Source of the DNA: Geosiphon pyriformis uo1
Taxonomy: Eukaryota; Fungi; Glomeromycota
Direction: 5' to 3'
DNA length: 48,948 nucleotides
Assembly (NCBI GenBank): GCA_016748015.1
Contig: JAAOMT010000721.1
Coordinates: 50,634-99,581 of the forward strand
Shown: one piece after another, positions 24,476-37,259 of the stretch
Layout: every line of letters starts with the position of its first letter
Position numbering within the stretch: position 1 is the first letter of the stretch
Notes under the pieces: generated by a model
What the model was told of the DNA's origin: nothing
Database searches by the model: none
The model's input: only the letters and a program-made list of their open reading frames with translations
Translations under genes and position numbers: made by a program

Positions 24476-26531
24476 ATGAACATAGAACTCCCAATCGTCA
24501 AAGAAAGGCAAACGGAACCATTCGTCCTATTTCTTAGTCGTCGAATCACCTTTACGATATTTATATTATGGATTCTCATATATACCATTTTCTTGATCTT
24601 AACGATTAGCCAGGAAACTCCTTCAAATAAAGCTCGCTTATACGAAAGAAAATAGGATCTCCGCTCCATGTAAATAAAAGATTCCCAAGTTCCGACAATT
24701 TTTAACACAAACAATATTTATATTTTAATAGGTTTAAAATAAGATCTGAAAACTAATGACATGTAAATTTTGTTTCATTATAGCTTTTTATTTCACAGCT
24801 AGTTTTCAATTTGAATTGTCCTGCGCGAAAACCCAATGGAATTGTAAGTTAATTCTTTTTTTCAAGATATCACAGATAGAAAGTTTCAAATTTCAAAATT
24901 TTACATTTCAAATCCAGCCGACAAAGTATTTGATTGTCCTGATTATGCGAATAAGGTAACAAAAAACTCAACCACAAACACATATAAGGGTGTATTTCTG
25001 CCATATAAACAAAAATTTGGAGATGACGATGATTCAGAAGGGACAGATTTGCATTCTCTTCTAATAAGTATTCGGGTTACCGATCCGCTTAAACTTGATC
25101 AGTTAAGCTTTATTAAGATGCAAGTACTAGATGCAGGTATGCTTTCAGACAGATAGTTGGTTAAAAAAGAAATGTTAATATTCAAATAAGTCTGTAATTT
25201 TCGAAATGAAATTTTCAGATTTTAATGAAGATATTTTGAATCCGAAGTTTGATCAATTCCTTACGACCATCTATGCTTTAAACACATATTATCTCATTAA
25301 TGGGCAGGTAAGTATTCGGATTCATTTTACTAATCTATTAATGCCTTTCCTTAATATGTTTTGGATAAAATTTTCTTATGGTCGAGCTCTCAATTTTTTC
25401 TCAAAATTCTTTTTATATTTGATTATTAATATAGGTGAATTTATTCGGGTATTCAAAAGTGAGAAGGGAGATTTTACCACAAAATCCAATCGCATTTTCT
25501 CGAAAACGAGTTTCTATTCCATATATTACCTCTTCTCTCGGTAACTAATTTTTCTATTTGAAAATTTTAAGAAAGTGGCAAAATGTCTGGAGATTCTTCA
25601 ACAGGCCTTTATGGAATAGTTCTAATTCGCGTAAAAAGTTTTCTGGTCCTTAATGAAATTGAAGAAAGGTATTTATTGCTATCTTCAATTCTGAATTTTA
25701 TTTTTAAAGCCTAGCATTCAAATTATCTATGTCCCCCATCGAAATCTATAAGATTTTTATTTAATGAGAAAATTGTTCAGTTAGGCGATATTTTTTTATT
25801 AGATGAAATTTTTTTCATCCGCAATTTCATTTCTCATATTCTATTTTGAGACCCAAAACCCTTTTTGCTGGGTTCGTTTTATAGGAAAGACGTATATTTT
25901 ACTTATTCAAATTTTTTCTTAATCAATTTAAAGACCAAATACGGTAACTTAAATACTAAGTTTCGAGTATTAGATATAGCAAAAAATTGATTACATTTTC
26001 TTTAAGCTCCTAGCCGCTTTCGGTCTCTTTGGCGGATTCTCGGCATTAGCAATTGGATTTTATAAGATGCTTTTCGGCAAGTGACTTCAGAAATTTCATG
26101 TTTGGATTGATTAAAAATAATGTAACTAAATATTTTTAATATTTTTCATTAAAACTCTAGGAGCTCACCGATTACAGCCATGGGGGCTAGTACAAAAATT
26201 TTGTGGGACCAGAAAAATTTCTGGCCAATTTGACCTCCGTAAATCACTTTCCATAATTCCATTGATTCCGAAGCAATCTTCGAATCAAAATCTTAATCCA
26301 CAGGAAATTAGTCAACGGTTGGATGATTTGGAACTAATCTTACGCGAATATGTAGTTGATGCATCACATTTGGTGAATATCAATCGAATACCGATCGCTA
26401 ATCAGCAAACCAATTTAGCGACACAAAATCCAACATCACTAGAAAAGGATCCCAATATGAGTGTATTTGTTGATGAATTTGGCGTTTGGCAACCGAACGG
26501 AGCAAGGACCTCCTCCTCAATTGCAACTTAG
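24476..26531 (+). CDS. Uncharacterised two-TM membrane protein with large loop and C-terminal coiled segment; one +1 frameshift in exon 1 (pseudogene or assembly error)
   Basis: Phase-consistent exons 24476-24669 (frameshifted), 24784-24843, 24918-25136, 25219-25307, 25435-25540, 25605-25668, 25934-25943, 26007-26076, 26161-26531. TM1 ITFTIFILWILIYTIFLILTI; TM2 LLAAFGLFGGFSALAIGFYKMLFG; then LQPWGLVQK and RLDDLELILREYVVD. The exon 6 acceptor is ambiguous. Confidence 0.72.
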
Positions 26532-29500
26532 AATTGATAATCCTTGAGATACTTATGTCATTCACATTATATATATATATATATATATATGTATGTTTTA
26601 TTCTAAAGACAAGTGACTAACGATTCACTTGATAACAAACAAATGAATTTTTACAATCTACTATTAAATGAAAAATCACAAATTTATGTTAAATAAATCT
26701 AATTCTAAATACTCATTATTATAAATATATTCAAAAAAATAAATACCTTAAAAATTTTTTATTCCAGCAATAACAATTTCAATTAAATAAAATATTTATT
26801 TTTCCCAAAAAATTTACTAAAAAAACTATTGGTAAAAAGTATTATGTGATATACAAATTTGATAGAAATTAAACATTGAGATTTATTTATGTTTATTTGA
26901 CGTCTAAAAGTCCAGATAAAAAATTTGTTTTTAAATAAATGCCAATAAAAAAAATCATTTATTTTGGATTACTTATTCAAGAAATTTGAGGTTGTAATAT
27001 TTTCTGGGCTAATAATTCTAATTTAAATAATTCTTGTGATTAATGATTTCTTTTAACTAGAATGTTTAAAAACTAATTAATTTTAAGTGTTTCTAAAATT
27101 AACTCTCATTTTTATTTTTAATGAAAATTTAAGATCTTTTTAATTACCACATTAAAATTCAATTAATGTAACTTAAAATCAACAATAATTATTATATATT
27201 TTAATTATATAGCTATTTTTTTAATAAACTTTTTACTTACATATTTGTTTTTTTTAATATAAAGTTTTAAAAATTGAAATATATTTTATAGAAATCAATA
27301 ACTAAAATAAATACATTTATCTGTTTTAAATTGCCAAATATTTGCTTGATAATCTCAATATATTGTACATTACAAATTTAAAATTATAAAATTATCTAAT
27401 ATAATTAATTAAATGTGCTTTCAAAAACATCTATTTTAATAGTTTTATTATCTGTTTTTACATAATAATATTGTAACTTTGTATATATATTTTGTTTTAG
27501 AATTGATTTAGCTTTATTATTTTGATAAATAAAAATATTATTATTAAATAATAAGTTATAAAATAAGTTATAGCAAAACTTAATGTTTTGATATAAAATA
27601 TTTTCTATTTGATATTTTTTAAAATTAAAAAATTAATAGAAATTTACCAAAAACAGCATTTATTTTCTTTACTATCTCTTATTTTATTCAATTTAATATT
27701 TTTGATAAACATTTTTAATTCTGAGAATATATTGTAACATTGTTGTTTTTTAATATAATAATTTTAAAGATTATTGTTTTGTAAGACAGTAAAACTGTCA
27801 GACAAGTAAATTCAATTCGAAAAATTTAATAAATTAGTTTAATCTTTATATAATTATTTAATTTTACAATGAGTAGGTTTTCTTTGAATATAACATTTAA
27901 CAATTAACAATAAAACAGTTTAATAGTACTATTATACATTATATTATATTTTAATATTGTTTTACTTTACAAAAATAATATTTAAATTCCAATTTTACTG
28001 TTAATTTTAACTTTTTATTCCACAGACAAATAATATTTTATAAAACTATTTATATATATAATATAATATTCATTATCCAAAAATTATATATTGTTATTTT
28101 AATTGAATAAAAAATTAGAACTGAAATTAGCTTTTGAAATATAATATATGATTAATATTTTATTATATTTACATTTAAAGTCCTCATTAATAAATAGAAT
28201 AAAATTAAAGATTTTCGTTAAATAATACTACTTAATTTAAAAATATTTTAGGTTTTGATTAAATAATAATATTTAAACTTTATTTTTTTATTTTAATAAT
28301 ATATTTAACCTAAAATAAATTGCATAAAACTGTAACAATATTTAATATAAGCTGTATATTTTTATTTTTGTCAATATTTAAGAGTAAATTTAGAGCTTTA
28401 ATTGTAATATTAATTTTATAATTAAATATAAATTTATGTTTTGTATAAATATATATTTATAGAATTATTATTATTAACTTTACAAATATCTTTTAAGATT
28501 CTTAATAAACTTATAATATTAGATAAATACATTTAACATTAATACATAAAAATTTTATATATTCATTTATTCAATTCAATATATTTTATTGTAAGCCAAT
28601 TTTTAATCTTATTAATAATATAATTTTGTTTATATGTAATTTTCTCTGTAGTTTTTTTTTATAATTGGAAAAAATCTGAATTTTATAATATAATAAAATA
28701 CTTTTTACTTTAAGTCAACAGAAAATTTTAAATGTTTATTAATTATTAAATTAGCACAAATATGACTGTATTTTCAAGATAACATAATATATTGTGCTAC
28801 AATAAAATTTAAGCCAAGTAATATTTTAATTCATAATACTTTTTTTTATATTTAAATTAATCTAAATAGTTAAAAAATATTTTTTTTCTAAATATTGCCA
28901 AAAAAAATAAACTATATACTTACTTTGACTTTACTTCATATTTTTTTTAATTGTTTATAAACATTAACAAAAAAATGTTAGCATAACAAAATAATAAAAT
29001 AAACTGCAAATAAATAACAAGTATTATTATTATCAATCAGACTTTATACATTAAAAACAAAATAAAATACAATTATATGATTCTGGACTTTATTTTTTTA
29101 ATAATTTGCTATAAATTTATTTACAAATGTAAATTAAGTTGTATACTTTCGAATTAGAATAAATTCAAAAAATTCACTTTTACAGTCTTCTTTACAGTTT
29201 CAACTTTATTACTAACAAAACAAATCACAAATAAATACAATTAGCAAAATTAAAGGGTCAAAAATAATCTTATTGATTTTTTTTGTTACTAATTGGCCAA
29301 TTATCATGAATGCAGCTTATAAAATATGTTTATATCTTTTTTTCCTACAACAAAGACATATTAGCAAAATTTTATTTTACTTCAAAGTAAACTAACTTTT
29401 CCAAATTTCGAATAGAACATAAACACATATTATTTCAGAATATCTTAATATTTTTAATTAAAACCAAAAAGTCGAAATAATAAGAACTCATATATATATA

Positions 29501-29639
29501 AAAGTTTCAAAAAGATCTAAAATAAATATAATAAAATTTTTACTGTCTGTTTGCTGTTAATCTGCTTGATTTTTCTTGCATAAATTAAATATTTACTTCT
29601 GAAAATTTCATTTAATAGGTTTTACTTAAGACTATGGCA

Positions 29640-30510
29640 AATATTGAGCTGACAAATAATTTTTTAAGAGTTCTAAAATAATATTTTATCAATGTTTATA
29701 GGAGCCACAGCAAACAAAAATACAACATCTGAGCTAACAAAAAGTACCCTAATTATACTGCAGTAAGCCAAAAAAAATAACAAACCAATATTTTTATAAT
29801 GTCTAATATAACAAAATTTGGTTATTCATGTAAAAAATAGTGAAAATAAATAGATTAGCTATGTGAAAAAAAAAACAAATATTGCGGAAATTTTAAATAA
29901 AGTTGAATTGATATTAAAAATATTTAATAAATTAACTATATATATATATATATATATTATTTAACAGCTTAATGAATAATTATAGTAGGTTTTCGAAATT
30001 ATACTAACTTATATTGTATATGATTTTATTCTAATTAAGCATTAATCTTTTTGACAAATATTTAAGCTAATTAATAATTCTTTAGAATATGCTATAGAAG
30101 ATCTAAAATAACACTTCATTAATGCTTATAAGACCACAATAAATATTAAACTGATTAATAATTCTTTAAATGTATTATAGTAAGCCAAAAAAAATGACAA
30201 ATCAACATTTTTATGATCTTCAAAATTGTATTAACTTATATTATACAATTCTATTTCAATTAAACATTGACTCTTTTAATAGATTTTACTTACGATTATA
30301 ACAAACACTTGAGCTGACTAATAATTTTTAAGTGTGTTATAAGAGATCTAAAGTAACATTCAATTAATGTTTATAGAGTTACAGCAAATATCAAACTGAC
30401 TAATAATCTCTTAGATGTATTATAGCAGACCAAAAAAAATGACAAACAAATATTATTATAATGTTTTTTCAAAATTGTACCAACCTATTTTGTATACAAT
30501 CCTATCTTAG
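29640..30510. repeat. Degenerate tandem repeat, unit ~230-250 bp, about 3 copies
   Basis: Recurring blocks: 'gagctgac.aataatt', 'aatg.ttata.ga..cacagcaaa', 'agccaaaaaaaatgacaaa' (near 29765, 30182, 30428) and 'ttc.aaatt.ta..aac.tat' (near 29992, 30219, 30468). Confidence 0.75.
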
Positions 30511-31157
30511 AAAAGTATTAAAAATTTCTATAAAAGATAAAGTAAACAATTAATTTTTAGGTTTTAAAGCAATTTATTTGTCTTTTTGCATATTCTATTA
30601 TTAAAATATGTATTGTCGACTGTTGTTTTTAGCTTTTTTCATATGTAATTCAAGATTTTGGTCTTGTTATTATAGAATTAGCTATTTTCTATACACCACT
30701 TTTCAAAAAAATTCAGAAACTACAGATTATATTTAAGTAGAAATGTACTATAAAAATACCATAAAATAAAGCAAAGTGTATTTGTAAATGTTTATATATA
30801 TTTATAAGTATTTATGAGTGTTTATGAAAATTTTTTTAATTCAATATTATCAAGTCAATTCACTAATCAACATCACATGTTTACTTATCAACATTACATA
30901 CTCACTTATTAGCTGATTTTGATTCAAGTATTTGAGCACTATGCTGTTTAAATTAGAATATTATTTGGCCTGTTGTTACTAAAGATTTTACTACCTTTCT
31001 CTCAATGTTGTTAATGCTGTTTTGCTGTTAATTCTACTGTTATTGAAAATCAGTAAACCTCTGATAAGCTAATTTTTCTTTCAAAGTATCTCTTTATACT
31101 TTGAATAGTATATGCTCTTGGGCTTAGGATAAAATAGCCAATTTTGTGCCAATTACT

Positions 31158-31284
31158 TGTGTAGTTACTTTGTAGTAAAAGTCAACTCTTTTACAAGAAA
31201 ATCTTATCTGTAAGCTTCCCAAATAATGTGTAGTTACTTTGCTATGAAAGTTAACTCTTTTATAGGAAATCTTGACTGTAAGCT
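31158..31284. repeat. Two-copy ~69 bp tandem duplication
   Basis: 'tgtgtagttactttg...aaagt.aactctttta.a.gaaa...ctgtaagct' occurs twice. Confidence 0.8.
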
Positions 31285-34200
31285 ACTCAATAAAAAAAAA
31301 TAAAAAGTAAAAAAAATAAACGAAAGAAAAGAAAAATAAAAAATTTGTTCAAGTAAGTTGTTTCAGATCCAGGTCTGGAAATTATTAATGTTTACTAAAA
31401 TTGGTAGCTAATCAATTTCAAAATATTAGTTTTTAAATAGATAATTTCAAGTAATAATTATTAAGATTTTTGGTTTTTCAAGGTGATTTTATTGAGTGAT
31501 TTGTAGTAACTAATTATTGATTCTAAAGTAAGATATCTTGAGTGAAAATACATTTTCTCGAAAAGAAGCTCTTTTTTATATAACTTGTTGTAGTATTATT
31601 CTATAATCTAGCACTTTTTTTTTAGCTTTTATTTTCTATTAAAATAAATTTTTACTTTCTTTCGATCGTTTTCAGCATTTTAATCACAAATCGTATTCTG
31701 TATTTTTACTTTTTTATTAATTAATATTTAATTTTAAATGATTATAAATATAATATTATCAATTTTAACATGTCAATAAAAGATCTCTTTTCATATAAAA
31801 AAAATGAAATGAAAAATAATTTATCACCTGAAGGTAGCTATATTCGCAATGAATTAACTGTAAAAGTTCATTTTAGATGAAAATCAATCTCTTTAAATGA
31901 TGAAGTGCTTAATCTTAAAAGCTTTATAAACGATATAATTTAAGTGAAGATATATATTACCAAATTATTCATTTATATCTTAATTAAGCTATTCTCGTGC
32001 ATAGAAAAAATACCTGTCGTCAACTTTAATAAAAGTTATATGATACCTCATGGAGTGAATTCAATAATGGTTTGGGCAAAAGTTGAAACACCATGCATTA
32101 ATAAATTTTCATCCCAAAGAATATGTAATTTTCGAAAGGTTCGCTAAAAATCATTCTTGTTATTATTAGCAATTGCTACAGATATATTTATATTTGATTA
32201 ATTCAAAGTATAGTTATCATGATATATTTATTAGTAATTCATAATAATTTTATTTTTAAGAAAAAATAATTGAATCTTTCAAATCGTGTGAAAGTTTAAA
32301 ATCTGGTTTACATCATTTTACCACAATATCACTAATGCCAATTTTAATTTTTTTTTGAATTAAAGAGGAAACAAATTATCGGCTAAAAGTTCCCAAACAC
32401 GAATTAATTGAGGATAAAAAATTAAGGGCCATGCTTTTCTATGGCTCTTGGTTAGAAAGAATGGTTTAAAATTAAAATTTTTGTGTATATAGCAATAAAA
32501 TAACTAATTTTGTACTTGGAGGATAAAAATATTTTCGAATATTTTTTTCATAGCAAAATTATCAATCGTCTTTAAACTTTCATAATTCCAAGTAGCAGAT
32601 CCCTGCTCGTCTCTTTAGATTATTGTTAATTCAAATCTATATCAAAACTGGAAAATACATTAATATATGATAATCATAGGGTATATAAGCTAATTCGTGT
32701 TAAAGTACCTTCTCTTTAAATTTCAGATTAGTTACCAAAAAGAAATTTAAATTTAACAACAACCAAGTATGTATAGGACAATTGAGGTTTGCCTATTTAT
32801 TTCGTTCTCTTTCCTTATTTTCGTCATTGCTTCTACTGCAAAGATCTGAAAGATTTTGCTACAAGATATCGAAAATGGCTCGTATCATTAACTTATTGAT
32901 TATCTTTGTTATTGACGTTATATCTGATTCAGTACATTCTATCAATGAATACGCTTCGTAATTGATTCCATCTTATGCTTATAGATAATAATCTAACTAG
33001 ATTCTAAAAATTCTCAACCAGCTAAAACTCAAAACATTAAAAACTTTAAGCGAAAATTTAAACCCCACTTTGATACTTTCACCCATAATTCCAAAATTTT
33101 AACAAAGCTATTATATTGAGAATGAAGATAGGTTTGGTAGCGGTTATTATTCTAGATGTAGAAGAAGATTTAGGAAATTATGCCGTAATCTAAATCTCAA
33201 AGGTTATAATCTGTGCAACAAAATTTTGGCCATTTTGGAGAAGTTCATAGCATGACGATGGACCGGACAAAGTATAAGAAGAGAAAACGTGATTATGTAT
33301 TATAAAACAGATTTTACTTTTATATAAAATTTAGAATGTTGTAGATTTTAGGATAAATTATGATAGTTCAAAAAATTTTTATTTTACATTTACATAATTG
33401 AATAAAATTTATTGAATGGATATATAATAATCTTTATTGAATATCTTATAATTCCATGTCCAATCTTTCAGTTCATATGAAAGAGAAAATGAGTTGCAAG
33501 CTTTTAAATTTTTTGAACAAATTAACTATCAAATTAAGGTGAATTAAAATTTTATTTTCAGAGTATCAAGTAATTGGGTAGATTTGAATGTCAAGTTTCT
33601 TATTGAAAGTATTGATTTTAGATTTGTTGCTTAGTGGTAAAATTTTCATTTTCATTTTCATTTTCAATTAGAAATTGAATTTAAAAAGAATCAAAAAAAG
33701 TTTATTTGACTTAGATTTTATATCATCATTTTGAAAATTCAGACCTAAACTAAGGATAAAATGTATTGTACTAATAAAAAAAATTAAGTACATGTATATT
33801 TCAAAAAAGCCTCATTTTTTTTAAATTAAGCTGCTAATAATAATCTTAAAGAAATTGATATTCGTAAATTTTGGTAGAATGATGAGAAATGAGGAAAATA
33901 AATTATTCATACTTCAAATGTATGATTTAATAATTTGCTGGAAATTAACGTTCTTAATGATTTATTATTCTATGAAATGGGAAAATTTAAAAAAAAATTT
34001 TTTTTTTCAGGTCATATCCAATTATTAAACAAATAAGTTTCAACCATTATTATTTTTATTGCATAAAATTATCTGTTTTCACGAACTCTTGGCACCACTT
34101 AATTTCATTCTTTTTTCAGAAATATAAAAAAATTTGAAAATTTTTTGATGATATTGTTGCTTTAAGTTATTGGTTCTAGTTTATGTATCTTGAACTCAAA

Positions 34201-34918
34201 TTTCAGATGAAAATTTTAGTTCCTTTTAAATTGAGCTGTATACTAAATATGCATCGAACTAGCAAAACTACAAGTTCTCCTAACAATTTCAAAAAATTAG
34301 TAAATTGTTGACCCCTATATTCATGTCTGAAATTTCAAAATCAAAACGCACATGTAATGTAGTGACTCGTTGTATCAATGTGATATGTGATACTCATAAA
34401 TTATGAGACATATGTAGTTTTTATATAATATACATTTAAATAAGTCAGTTTATATGCGTAGGAATAAGGAGCCTGATTTCGTGATAAGTTTTTTTTTAAT
34501 CTTATCAAAGAAATGAATCAAAGATATCCTCTCATTTTCGTAAATGCGAGCCGACGATCAAATTGTTATTATTCTCCATTATAGAAAATAAGATGTGATA
34601 CAAATGACTATTTTCAATTTTTTACCAAATAATTTGCGCTTGCCCTTAAATAGCGGTATAATGAAGCGCTAATTAAACGGTTCTAACAATGCTATAAATT
34701 TATATTTTTAAGGATCAAAGTCTTAAATCTTTCAAAACATTTGGGAGTTCATTTTTATATTAAATTGAAAAAGTCAAACAATGTTGTTATGTAATGGACA
34801 TGAAAACTTAGGAAACATGTGATCTTTAAATCAATTTTTTTATATAAAAATTCTCAATTCAAATAAGATCTAAAAGCCATTTTAAATTAAACAGAAATTG
34901 TTAATATTATACTTTGTC

Positions 34919-34925
34919 TATTATT

Positions 34926-35023
<98 letters not shown>
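34919..35023. repeat. (ATT)n microsatellite with AGT interruptions
   Basis: Directly visible. Confidence 0.97.
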
Positions 35024-35796
35024 CATTTTTTTATTTTCGTTCAAAATGAATTATTTATTTTAGTGAGTAAAATTGAATTCAGGAATAACAAAGATATGCC
35101 ATCTTTTAAAATGTCAAGAAAACTTATTACAATCAAAAAATTTTGATATTACCCAATTGTTACAAATAAATAGGTTTTCAAAATTTAAAATTTTTTTTGG
35201 AAAATTAACGAGATTCTAAAAGTTAATGATAAGGCCAGCAATAAAAAATAATCCAACAGTTTCTCCTTAAAAAATTACAATTTAAATTTTTACACACGTC
35301 ATAATGCTACTGCAATTTCTTCCTAAACTGTCTTATCAATAAAACCAAGCTTAAGTCTTTTTCAATCTGCTACCTGTAACCTTTTGATTTTCATGAGCTA
35401 TTGATAAAATATCTTTGTGGAAGAAAACCACAACAGGTGAGTCTAGAGTGCTTTATGATTTGTTTTTTTTATTTAAAGAGACAAAAACTTGGAAAAAGAA
35501 AATTTTAAAATAAAAACAATTGTCATCGATTGATTCGATTGATTCGATACTTTTCTTTTCTTTTCTTTTCTTTTAATTTCTACATATATTTACCTATATA
35601 TTTCTTGTTACTTTTATTTCAACCCATCTTATTAATTTTTGTGGAATTTTAAAATTGAGAGATTTAAAGATTGAAGTTTCTGCCTTTTCAACTATTTGGA
35701 ACTTTAAAACCTTTTGAAAAAATATTTTCTAGAACAATTTTCAAGACTTGCAACTCGAATTCTTACAAAATTTTACCAATTTAAGATCTAATCAAG

Positions 35797-36291
35797 ATGG
35801 CTGTTAAATTCATTTACGTATCGCTGTTCCTCTACGTGATCTTCATCTCTCTGGACAGCTTTGTCTCGACAGCGCCGATTCCCGTCATACTAGGAGGAGA
35901 AAACATCATTGCTCTAACCAAATCAAATTTCGTCGCCGTTCACCACAAATCAACAAAAAGGGGAAAACTATACTCAATCTCTGGACTGAATAACGGGATT
36001 GGAAACCATGGGATAGGCAACGGTTTATATAATGGAGTTGGAAACGGTAACGGAAATGAAAACTTTTCCGACGGTAATGGAAACCATATGGGAAATCTAA
36101 ACGGAATAGGTAATCGAGGGGGAGTTACAACGACAAATAAATATATATCTAAAAAATTCACTTCAAAGACTAAGAAAGAGAGAAAGGGCAAAAAACACAA
36201 AGGTAAAAAAAGTAAAAAAGTGACCGAAAAGTATAGAGAGTATCAAGTTATAAATGAAAAGCCAAAAAGATATCAAATCAAGAAAGCATAA
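35797..36291 (+). CDS. Small secreted protein with Gly/Asn repeat core and Lys-rich C-terminus, 164 aa
   Basis: Intronless ORF with raised GC. Signal peptide MAVKFIYVSLFLYVIFISLDSFVSTA|P; GN-rich tract GLNNGIGNHGIGNGLYNGVGNGNGN...; basic tail KTKKERKGKKHKGKKSKK. Confidence 0.8.
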   Translation: MAVKFIYVSLFLYVIFISLDSFVSTAPIPVILGGENIIALTKSNFVAVHHKSTKRGKLYSISGLNNGIGNHGIGNGLYNGVGNGNGNENFSDGNGNHMGNLNGIGNRGGVTTTNKYISKKFTSKTKKERKGKKHKGKKSKKVTEKYREYQVINEKPKRYQIKKA

Positions 36292-36945
36292 AGGAAGCAA
36301 AGGAACATAATAGACCCGCTAGTTTTTAGACTGGTGTAGAATAGATTCCGTGATTTTCCCTAAATACTTCATGCACTAAGTCGAACACACAAACTGCATT
36401 TGTAGCACCAAGACAAGATTTTTGCACAAGGGGTCAGACTACTTAATACCACTGAAATCCGACTTAAATGGTTTTTTCTTACAAAAAGGACAATTCAAAT
36501 ATTCAAAAGTAATTAGATATATTAAGCAAATTAACTGGACTTTTTCGTTTGTCATTTCACTTTTTTATACATTTAATCCTTAGCTGTTACTTATAATTGG
36601 TGTGACCTTTTTAAAATCAATACTATTTTGTTATTTTGACATTCTTAATGACATGACACGATATAAGTATAAGAAACTTGAGACTTTTTTTTAAAATCAA
36701 ACTAAAGGAAATAATAAAAACTTTCTCTATTTCCATTTTTATAAACGGGATTGATCTTTTTTTGAGCAAGATTTTCGAAAATTAAATTGAATGTGAAACT
36801 TTGAAAATAATGATAAGGACTAAAGATTCGACCAAATCTATGTCACTTTAAATTTTTACTTTAAAATTTTCTTTTTCTAATCTTTCGAAAAAATCTACTG
36901 AATCGATTATTTATGATACAGATATCAAAATTGCTAAAATTCCCT

Positions 36946-36946
<1 letters not shown>

Positions 36947-36979
<33 letters not shown>

Positions 36980-36980
36980 T
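36947..36980. repeat. (GAT)n microsatellite
   Basis: Directly visible, about 10 units, upstream of the POT gene. Confidence 0.9.
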
Positions 36981-37259
36981 GAAATACAAATTATTAAGCA
37001 TTTTTTTTATATCCTGTATACAAACAAAATAGTTTCAGATTTCATTTTTTGGATATCAAGATCAAATATTTCATGAGTTAATTCAATCTCCGCGCCAATC
37101 GTATTGAAAAGCATAGCAAAATAGAGTAATTTTCATAAATGTTTTGTGTCAATAAAATCCTCAGTATATAATTGAATCATGCTATCAATCATTTCATCTT
37201 TAAATTTATTTCGTTTTCTCCCTTATTTGAAAATATATCTTTTTTTTATCAATTAGAAA

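Noticed and set aside
29640-31284. Repeat arrays as possible CRISPR
   Set aside because: Units are long, degenerate and lack unique spacers; eukaryotic context with no cas genes.
35940-36200. Antisense FP-rich ORF
   Set aside because: Mirror of the GN/Lys-rich sense gene.
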